DNA of 64,000 nucleotides. Source: Cercozoa sp. M6MM. Taxonomy: Eukaryota > Protista > Endomyxa: Ascetosporea. Both the position numbers and the translations under genes were made by a program. Location: the NCBI GenBank assembly GCA_040357565.1, contig JBDODJ010000001.1; one strand, written 5' to 3'. This document shows positions 1 through 9,808 of the stretch, piece by piece; the first letter of the stretch is position 1; the number at the start of each line of letters is the position of its first letter. The notes below the pieces were generated by a model. It saw only the letters and a list, made by a program, of their open reading frames with translations, was not told where the DNA came from and did no database searches.

Positions 1-3000
1 CCGGACGTGCTGGAGACAGTGGCGACGCTGTTGTGTCGCGCGTTGCGACCGCAGCAGCTGGCTCAGCGTGTTGCAGTGGCACTCGAGTTCGCGCAGTTCG
101 AGAAGTCGTCACTGTGGACATGCCACGACGTGAGGTCATTGGCCACCGCTCTAAAGCAGCCGTTTGTGACAGTCTCGGTGCGTTTTCTTTGCAAGAGAAG
201 TGTGTTTGCCAGGAATACTCGAAACGAGTATTGTTGACAGGACGAAGAACTGCTGAAGCACGTGGAGAACAAGAAGAGCGCCAAGAAGCTGCGCAGTCTG
301 CTGTCGCTGGTGTGCCACAGTCTGCGCGCCGACGGTGTCGCCGACAGTGTCACGAGTGATCAAGTGATCGACGACGGTGTGATCGCGTCGGTGACACGTG
401 CGATCGCACGCAGCAGCGGTGCCGACGAAAGCAGCAAGGCCACGTGGCAGCTGCACTGGCTGACACGCGTGGTGTCACTGCAGGCACGTGCTATCACCGT
501 CGTGCTGTCGGTGTCGCACGAGGTGGCCGCGCAGGTACTGGACAGAACGGTCGAGACGACGACGGAACCGTCGCAGTACCTGGCGCAGTACCTGCCGCAG
601 CACGCGTCGCCCAGCCTGAGTGACACGCTGCTACGGCTGTTTGCGCACGTGCGTGACGCCAGTCTGTTGGCACGTGTCGCCTCGCAGCTGTCGCGTCAGT
701 TGCTGCAGGAGCGACGCACTGGCAAATCACTGGGTAGACCCTGTTCCTATCCCACCCGCACCCTATTCCTACCTACCCTCTAACCTACCTACCTATCCTC
801 CTAACTCTACCGACCATGTACCCCGTACCCTCAGCACTCACGACACTGAAGCGCAAGTACTGCGTCGTGTTTGACGCCTTCCTGCGCTGCGACAAGGCGC
901 ATCGGTACGTGAAGGGACTGCGTGCCACGGTGCGCTTCCTGGCCGTGTCGCTGCTGGACGCTGCCACGGGTACTCCCTCCGCTACGACGGCTTGACTTGC
1001 CTTTGTTTCTGACACGTGTTCGCTGAGTGCAGCACACGCCAAGTGGGCCAAGAAACCGTCGCGGCAGCGCAAGCTGGAGGCGCGTCTGCAGTACCTGACC
1101 CGAGTAATCGCGACACTGGTGACGGTTGATATCGCCGGTATCATCGACTCTGACACTAACGGTGACACTGACACTGACACTGACGGTGACACTGACACGA
1201 GTGAGTGCGACGGTGTCGAGGTGCTGCGTCGCGTGCTGGCGTGCCGACACGTGCACAGCGACACCGTCTTCGAGTTCTGCGCGCTGCTGATCGATCTCAG
1301 CGGGCACGTGGTTGACCGGTCGCTGACGGTGTCACTGTGCGACCTGTACACTGACAGCAACCGTGCCTGTACTGACACTGACAAGAACTCCGATACTGAC
1401 AAGCACCCCGACACTGATACTAACACTGACACTGACACTGACCTTGTCGGCACCGTCAACAGCAGCGTGGCCGTGCTGCTGCCACGTGTCTACTGCGTCA
1501 GTGGCGGCGACACCGAGCTGAGCGACCGCGTGCTGGACATTGCGCTGTGCCACTTTGGCGCCACGCTATCGCGCAACGACACGCTCGTGTGGCGGCGTCT
1601 GCTGGCGCCGTCCGCCGGTATGCAGCTGAGCACTGTGATTCCGCGGGTGACCACTGACGGTAACAGTGCGACCAGTGACCATGCGACCAGTGACCATGCG
1701 ACCAGTGACAGTGCGACCACTGACGGTGACAGTGCAACCACTGACGGTGACACTAGTGGCGACGGTGTCTTTCTGTTTGACGCGGAATTCGAGAGCGACG
1801 ACGTCGAGCGCGTGCTGCGGCAGTACGCATCACTGGCGCGACCGTTCGGCCACGCGCGCCGCCGCCGCTTGGCCGGCGACGACTTCCTGTGGCGCGTCTT
1901 TGAGCGCCGCCGCCTCCAGCAGGCGCAGCCTTCGCACAATGCTGCGGTACATCACTTTGTGCCTGTGCGTGTGTCTGTGCGTGTGCGTGTTGTTTGTTTG
2001 TTTGTTTGTTTGTTTGTTTGTTTGTTTGTTTATTTGTTTTTCGATTGATGTGTTTATTTATGGGTTTGTGTTAATTTTTTTATGTTTTGTTTATTTGCTT
2101 GTTTGTTGATATATTTATGTGTTTATTTGCTGTTTTTAATTGATTTATTTATATTTTTATCTGTGTCTTGATTTGTTTGTTCATTTGCTTGTTTGTTTGT
2201 TTAGCTATTTAGACGTATTCGTTTTGTTTGAGTAGGGCGACAGGAGGTATAACCTGCCGCTGGTGCTGCGACTGGCCTTTGTGGCGCTGTGCCGATCGCT
2301 CGATGTGACGCGCTTCGCCGAGAGTCGTCTGCTGAGTGCGACGGTGCTGGCACTGGCCGATCACTGCGAGGTTACGCGACACCTGGCTCTGAGAGTGCTG
2401 TCGCTGCTGCGAATCGTGCTGGCGTGGCGACAGGTAGATAGCCCTACCCCTACCCCTACCCTACCCCTACCCCTGCCCCTACCCCTACACTACCCTACTG
2501 CTGACCCTGTGTACACAGGCGATTGACGAACACGACACGGATGCCGAGTTCGAATTTAGTGGGTACCCCTCTCTCGCCCTCTCTTTGTAGGCATGTGGAT
2601 GCTGGTGCAATGTGTCACAGCGGCTCGGCGCACCGACCGCGACCGGTTCAGTGCCGTCCGGTGGTGCAGCAAGCGGTCGACATGCTGCGCAACTCGGTGC
2701 AGCAGGGCCGCACTCGACTTCCGTCGCTGTGTCTGTCGGCGTGGTGTCATGCCGTCATTCTGGTGCTCAAGGGCGGTCGCATGTACCTGCCGGCACAGGT
2801 ACCTGTCCGCGCGGCTGTGGCAGACAAGCAGGAGGGTGACCCGTCGACCACCTTGTTCACTGCTGCCGGTCGTTTCTGCTGCCGCGACGTGGTGCTGCAC
2901 TCGCGCGAGGTGCCGCTTTTCGACCGACTCTTTCTCAACTCGGCGGCGCAGGTGCCTTGTCTTGTCTTAACTCTTTCCTTTACCCCTTCACTTTCCCCCC

Positions 3001-3646
3001 CCCCCCCCGCAGGTGCGAACAGTGGCACAGCACCGACTATGTCGCCGCGCGGCGCTGCAGATCGTGCGCGACGCCGTGTCGTCGCACTCGGCCAAGGACT
3101 TTGTGGTGCTGCGGCAGTGCCGTGCGTTGGAGGCGCTCATCAACGCGCTGTACACGCGGGAGGACGCCTCGGAGACGCAGCTAGTGTGTGTCATTATGGT
3201 ACGCTTCTCTGCCACTGTTCCCTTTCCTTGGTGGTACTGCTGTCTCTACCTGGCAGAGCCACCTGTGTCAAGGACGCTTCGCACGCAATGAACTGCTCGA
3301 CAAGCACGCCTTCCTTCCAATGCTGCGCGCTCTTCTTTCTTCGCTCTGTGCCGGTACTGCTGCTCTGTATATGTGCATGTGCTAATGTACGAGCGTACAA
3401 ACAGAGACGCCGTCGACTGGCACGGAGCAAGCCTTGCGGGCTGCACTCGGTCTCGCGCAGTCGCTGCTGCACGCGCTGCTGCGCGATACGACGCGACGCA
3501 ACTCACCGCTCGTACTGCCGCAGCTGCAAGCATTGCGACAGACGGTGCTGTCGTTGCGACAGACGCCGCACGGCTCGAGCAGCGACACGACGAAACGCGT
3601 TGTTGCCATCGAGTCGCTTTTCGTCGCGCTTCAATACTCGTACTGA
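1..3646 (+). CDS. URB1: Nucleolar pre-ribosomal-associated protein URB1/Npa1 homologue, 3' part (multi-exon, 5' end outside window)
   Basis: Spliced exons give YNLPLVLRLAF..VLALADHCEVTRHLALRVLSLL..VDMLRNSVQQGRTRLPSLCLSAWCHAVILVLKGGRMYL..EVPLFDRLFLNS..AALQIVRDAV..KDFVVLRQCRALEALINALY..ELLDKHAFLPML, which follows the order of the URB1 C-terminal (NopRA1) region as recalled. Introns are GT-AG and the stop is at 3646. Confidence 0.7.
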
Positions 3647-3779
3647 TCATAGCGGAGCTCCTAGTACGGCTTGGTGCATAGCTATGGTTCGGTTTGAAAT
3701 ACGATACCTGCGACCAACCAACGCGACGCGAGACCCTAGGGCCTACCGTACCAGAGGAAGATGATGAATGAAGCAGCTA

Positions 3780-6251
3780 GTAGAGTTTTTTGGTGACCTA
3801 ATTGGACCCACTAAAGATACTCAGACGTGTGCACACACTACAAGGAAGCGCTAGAGCAGCCGAGTAGATCGATAAGCAGCACGCACCGACCTGACGCGCA
3901 AGAAGCCGAAAGACGCCAGACAACCTCAGGTATACTCTAGTGGCATACCTGGGAAACATGGCACGCGCTGGGCTCCTAAGGGCTCGCGTGTCATGGAAGA
4001 CTTTTTGTTTGTGTTTGTTTGTGTGTTTTTCGGCTTCCCAACTTGTCATCAGATCATTGGCCTCACAGCCACCTCTGGCCTCACCGCCACCACTGGTCTC
4101 ACCACCAACTCTGGCTTCACCGCCACCACTGGTTTCATCACCAACCCTGGCTTCACCGCCTCCTCTGGCCTCACCGCCACCACTGGTTTCACCACCAACC
4201 CTGGCTTCACCGCCACCNNNNNNNNNNTCATCACCAACTCTGGCTTCACCGCCACCACTGGTTTCACCACCAACTCTGGCCTCACCGCCACTACTGGTTT
4301 CACCACCAACGCTAGCCTCACCGCTGCACCTGGCTTAACCGCCTCCTTTCGGCCTGACGGCCCAACACGACCTTCGGGTCCATACTGGCGTATGCAAAAT
4401 CGTCACCAATGGTTTCACCACCAAACGACTCCTTCGGGACTCCACCGTTGGTATTTCTACCAACCATGCCGGTTTAATACCCGCAAAGGCCTAACACCCA
4501 ACCCCGGCTTAACCGCCAACTTTCGCTTAATTGCCAACAACGGCCTCAGTGCCACCCCCCACTCTGGCCTCACCGCCACAACTGGTTTCACCACCAACTC
4601 TGGCTTCACCGCCACCACTGGTTTCATCACCAACCCTGGCCTCACAGCCACCTCTGGCCTCACCGCCACCACTGGTTTCACCACCAACTCTGGCTTCACC
4701 GCCACCACTAGTTTCATCGTTAATTATCATTGCTTTACGGCAAGGGCCAGTGCCAACGGGCTTAGGGCCTCTTACAACCATGCTCGCTTCAAAGCCAGCA
4801 ACGGCGCAACACCCAACCCCGGCCCCAGTCTGATCAATGCCACTTTGCGTGAACTCTGTTTGATACGCCCAACTAGGAGCTTCTGCGACCAAGCGGCGCG
4901 GAGATTCCGCCAACGACCCACCGAGTTCACAGCAACAATGACACAATCTAAACAACACCTTGATGAGCAACTAACGTCGCTTGCACCCACTAAAAACCAA
5001 CGAATCTTTAAACCAACCAGACGAGAACCCTATGGACCAAACCCGCCAACTAGGCACAACCTCCAAAACCACTACCAAAAATACACCCCAAGTGATGGTT
5101 AGAATAGGAGAAAAACGAAACAGAGCCTTGGCTGATATACAAGGAGCAGAGAGCGTAAACAACCGCAATAAAAGAACAAGACACGCAGAAAATATCAGAG
5201 AAGAGAGAGACCACCCAAACGACGAGATCGAGATACCAGGTATGAGAGAGATTGGAATAGAAACCTATGAGAGTGATGACAACAATGACAACGATCGTCA
5301 CATTGATGAGATAGTTATACCCGACATGAGAGAAATAGGCCTAGAAGCATACACGAAACAACAAAAACAATGAACCGCAACGCCCTCTCAGAAGGGCCAG
5401 AGCCAGAGCTCTACAGAAAACACACGTCAGAAACCCCTGGAAACATATCAGGAACTCAAACAAACTCCTCAGAATAGCCAAAGAGCGCAAACTCAGCATC
5501 GCAGACATCCGCACACTCTCAAGATTCCTCTGCAACAGACTTGGAAGCTTCAAGTACTACAACTACGCCCAAATACCACGAAAGTGCAATGAATGCAATG
5601 CCAGAGGCAGACTCAGGACTCCCAACTGCAAGGGATGCAAACAACGACTACAAAAACGGGAAGTAAGCGAGTGCCCCGACTGCGCGGGTACCTGGGAAAA
5701 TGCAGAAGACACTCTAGACACGTACCACCGATTGCTGGAATGCAAGGTAACGGAAGCTATCAGAAACAACACCAATGCAGCTCAGTGGCGCACAATTGAA
5801 GACATACTGGCTGGCTAACCCTGAGAACCTAGCAACACTCAACAGAATGCATCAAGGCACCAAGATCTCCTGGGACGAGGAAGCAACTGTCGAAGGACAA
5901 CCAGCCTCCCAGCAGGCAATGAACCGAGAGGTCCCCGACATAGACTAGGCCACCACTCACAGCAGTGGTGGCCCTAAGTCTATGTCCGTTTGCTTGTTTT
6001 GTTTAGGAATCGAGTGGAGAGACGGGAGGACGACGACGGGACGACCCGACGCGGCCTGCGACGCCTCTCTACTTGTAGCCCGCTACCTGCACCAACCATG
6101 AAGTCGACTTCGGTGTCTGGGGAACGTCAAAAGGGGAGTTGTATGGTCCTACCCTAAGCGGGCGGTAGACACGGCCATGCTCTTGTGACCCACCCCAGAC
6201 TGGTGCAGGGGAACTACATAGTTGGTTTCCTAGAAGACTCAACTAACTAAC
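3780..6251 (+). mobile_element. Non-autonomous non-LTR-retrotransposon-like insertion (no RT or endonuclease visible)
   Basis: Flanked by a perfect 14-bp direct repeat GAATGAAGCAGCTA (3766-3779 and 6252-6265) and ending in an (AACT)n tail. It is A/C-rich, with no obvious introns. An ATG-less open frame at 5345-5818 ends in ECPDC-x12-HRLLEC, like the C-terminal zinc knuckle of LINE ORF2. Confidence 0.7.
4060..4720 (+). repeat. 18-bp-unit minisatellite (CTGGCTTCACCGCCACCA / CTGGTTTCACCACCAACT), two blocks
   Basis: Directly visible at about 4060-4320 (with an N-gap) and 4560-4720. Translates as LASPPP/LVSPPT or GFTATT/GFTTNS. Confidence 0.9.
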
Positions 6252-6584
6252 GAATGAAGCAGCTACGATTGGAATGAAGCAGATGAGAACAATCCATTGA
6301 TACCGCAGCCCTCTCAGATAGGGATCAGGCCTTGGTAAATTCAGGGTACTTTGCCAGTGATACAAAAAAACTAAGGAACGTAAGAGTGGTTAAGTGTCAG
6401 TTTGAAAGAGTGAGTTGCCCCAACGGTCCAGTTGGGCGGCAAAGCACTGGTGGACGGGAAAGTCACCCGTCAGGTGTTTTTCCTGTAGAAAGGACAGCCA
6501 GTTAAAGGGTTCTTGAGACCGAAAGGCGTCGTCAGAACTGAGTAGTGAGGGTTCAGAAGTACTTGAGTTGGCGTGAAGCAAAGA

Positions 6585-6660
6585 AAGAAGAGAGAAGAAG
6601 TAGGAAGAAGGAAGAAGGAAGAAGGAAGAAGGAAGAAGGAAGAAGGAAGAAGGAAGAAGG
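6585..6660 (+). repeat. (GAAGAAG)n purine microsatellite
   Basis: Directly visible. Confidence 0.9.
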
Positions 6661-7691
6661 GCCTCTGGAAAGGCAGAGGACGGGTAGAAGCGGAGACAAC
6701 TGGTCCTGGAGAGACAAGGCTTCCCTACTCAAACACAGGTGTTCCACAGTCTGGACTGAAGCTCTCAGAGGTCAGGATACCAGTGAGCACACGTCCAAAT
6801 CTTCCACACCTCTCTTGAGGATTTTTGTAAGTTGTAGGGTTGCTTTCGCGCGGATACAGTAGCTCATGCTGTAACATCCCGCCCCTCCAAGGTCGCACGG
6901 CGCAGTGCTCTGAGCGAGCTGAAGTTTCGTGTTTTTCGATGTATTCGCGCCAACCACGTTGCGTCGCCATCAGGCTCGAACTGGACCTTGTAACTTACTC
7001 AGGAGGAGAATCCGCGAGGAGCCGTTTTTCGATGATTCGGGGTATGGATCGTACCAGCCGCTTCCGCGCTCTTTTGGCACAGCACGTTTTGACGAACTGT
7101 CCGACAGCGACCCGCTGTTCAATGACTGCGCATTTCGACAGTTGTGCACGGATTTTGAAGCCACACGTGCACGGCAGTGATATCGATGGATGGAACGACG
7201 GTTAGGTTGCAGTTTCGGTTTGTAGGTATTTATACCTTGAATAACGTTGCCATATTTTGCTTTATTGTCCATGATTTCTGTACTGTAGGCAATGCGCAAC
7301 TGTGGCCAGGTATTCACGTTCAGTCACTCCAAATCCGAGACTCTTTAATTACAACAGAGGCGAAGTGCAGCGGCGCGGTACCGTACATGCAGCGTACTGT
7401 ACAGGGAGTAGTTGCAATTTAGTTGGTTTTTGTGGATTGAGCTATCTTACTGACTCGACTAGCGCACGGTAAGTTTAGATTGAGGACTCCTAAAATACCG
7501 AAAGATCTAGACTGAACACGGTAGGCACAAGCGTAGCTAAATTCACAGTAGTCTAAACGGTCAAGTTGATTCCATGCGGGGAGGAACGCTCGTTCTCCTC
7601 GGCTTTCAGACAGTTTGTCAGAGGCGATGTGGCTCATTTAAGCCTGTGGGAGTACAGTAACACAAAATGAACAACAAGTGATCATGAGATG

Positions 7692-9122
7692 TCAGATGCA
7701 TACCCCGCCGTTCATGCACACCGACGGCGGGCACGCGTGTGCGTATTGCTCACAGCCCTCGCTACAGTTCAAGCGGAATGCACTTTAACAGAACACAGGA
7801 AAGACAGCTTACCCATCGTTGCAGTAGTCGAAGGGCGCGACCTCCATCGTGGCCATGTTGATGCACTACTCTCGGAGGAACATGAAAGGGCACAGTATAG
7901 AGGTACAAAGGGACATGGACATAAAACGAGGTGTGTGAAAGGGAGGCACCTCGAAGCGTTGCAGAATGGCGCAACTCGCATCACCGCCGACGGCCACAAC
8001 ATTCGGCTCGTCGAGACGGTCGGCGCAGGTGCCGTCGATCTCGCTGGCACGGCACACGAGACCGCCCGGGCACTCGCGAATGTCACACGACGTGGTGCGG
8101 AAGACGTTCATGTCGCCGCAACGCTCTAGACGCTCGCAGTCGCCGTTGAGGTAGCAGCCGTGCACCTCGACCCAGCCGGCGGGACAGCTCGGGTCGACTG
8201 TGACAGTCGGCTCCGGCGTAGTCGGTTCAGCTGTGGTCGGCTCAGCTGTCGTCGGCTCTGCAGTGGTCGGCTCTGCAGTGGTCGGCTCTGCGGTGGTCGG
8301 TTCGGCAGTTGTGGGCTCTGCAGTTGTGGGCTCTGCAGTTGTGGGCTCTGCAGTTGTGGGCTCTGCAGTGGTCGGCTCAGCAGTTGTGGGCTCTGCAGTC
8401 GTCGGAGCAGGAGTAGTCTCACTCGGACAGCTGCCATCGGCACACGCGAGCACCACGGGCGGACAGCCGTTGCCCATGTTGCAGTCGCTTAGAGGGCCAT
8501 CGTCTGTCATTTTGCAAGTCACAGTACGGTGTAGGGGGAGGGCAGGCAGTGGGGGTACAATAGTAAAGCACAGTTACATTCCTCCATGGCGTCGAGGTTG
8601 TAGCAACCGAAGCGCTGAAGGGCAGCACAAGCCGGGTCGTCACCGAACGGACCAGTGGCAATGTTGGTGCCCTCCTCGTTAAGGTACTCGGTACGGTCTA
8701 GGCACATCGCGTCTTCAATGCCAAGTTCGATTCCAAGACACACAAGAGCGCCCGGACATTCCGTCGGAGCGCAGCTGCTAATCACGAGTTCTCCCGTCGA
8801 AGAACAGCCTAAGTGCAACGTTCAGCTGGCAGTTGTACCAGTTATTCTAGCAGAGTGAGATATGAAAGTCTAAGCGTACGGTCAATGCGCTCGCAGGAAC
8901 CGTTGATGTGACACGGTTGACGGTTCTCCCACTGCAAGAAAAAGAAAGGCGATGATTGTGAGCTCGATAAGGAAGGTCGAAGTCAACGATTCGGACTTGA
9001 GTCAGAGTGATAAAATGAATCTAAGGCTAGACTACCTCGCCTTCCGGACAGTCTTCTGCAGGCGGGAACGATGACAACTGAGCAGTTGCACCGACAACCA
9101 ACACCGAAAGCAGCAGTTTCAT
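7692..9122 (-). CDS. Secreted cysteine-rich protein with a PTTAE mucin-like stalk
   Basis: Signal peptide MKLLLSVLVVGATA at 9122. Twelve PTTAE repeats plus one PTTPE (8210-8405) lie between two homologous Cys-rich domains. Introns are GT-AG and it ends ...CPPSVCMNGGVCI*. Confidence 0.75.
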
Positions 9123-9380
9123 GGTCACAGGGTGGATCAGATCTGAGGTTGTGACGAGAGAGTTGGGACGCAAGTGGTCTACTAGTGAAGCGAGAGTGAC
9201 AAACAATGCAAAAACACTTTGAAAGTGAGAGGAACAGATATACCGCCGGTCGAACACTTGTCCGTGCACATGCTTCGGTCTGTACCGAGGCACGGAAGCT
9301 GTACACCCGAGCGGTTGTTCGGACATCACTCACAACAAGATGACCGTTGCCGTAATTTACAGTATCAATGTAAATTCGCT

Positions 9381-9556
9381 AGTTCAGTCGACTAAGAAGC
9401 CAACGATGTAGCTCTCCGCACCAGTCCTGGGGGTGGGTCACAAGCGCATAGCTGTAATCAACGGCCCGCTTCGGGGGCCATCCAACTCCCCTTTTTAAGT
9501 CCCGCAAGATATCTGCTTCAATGTGTTTCCCACGACGACAAGATTAACGTCATGGT
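9381..9556 (-). mobile_element. Diverged copy of the 3' end of the 3780-6251 element (SINE-like or 5'-truncated)
   Basis: The reverse complement aligns with about 6095-6250: AAAAGGGGAGTTG..AAGCGGGC..CTTGTGACCCACCCC..GACTGGTGC..CTACAT.GTTGG..GACT.AACTA. Confidence 0.75.
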
Positions 9557-9808
9557 TCTTCAATTGGGAGTGTCCGGTCATAGTTAAGACTAGTGCAGGT
9601 GCAAACCTAAGTGACGCACCCTGGCAGTGTATCATGCAGGACCGGTACAGCCGAGCCACACTACGCTAGCGTAGTATTACCACATGATTGGTTTCATACG
9701 TTAGGTAGCATAGTACGGCAACCGAAACTAACTACTGCAGATTTGACTAGTACGAACTAACATAACGTAAGCGCAAACTGCAGGTTCCGCAAGCGAAGGT
9801 CGTTCATG

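Noticed and set aside
4060-4720. CRISPR-like array
   Set aside because: Contiguous tandem units without unique spacers, in a eukaryotic context.
6700-7450. ORFs 6840-7205, 6929-7180 and 6970-7317 as a gene
   Set aside because: No motif, codon bias or consistent exon chain could be supported.
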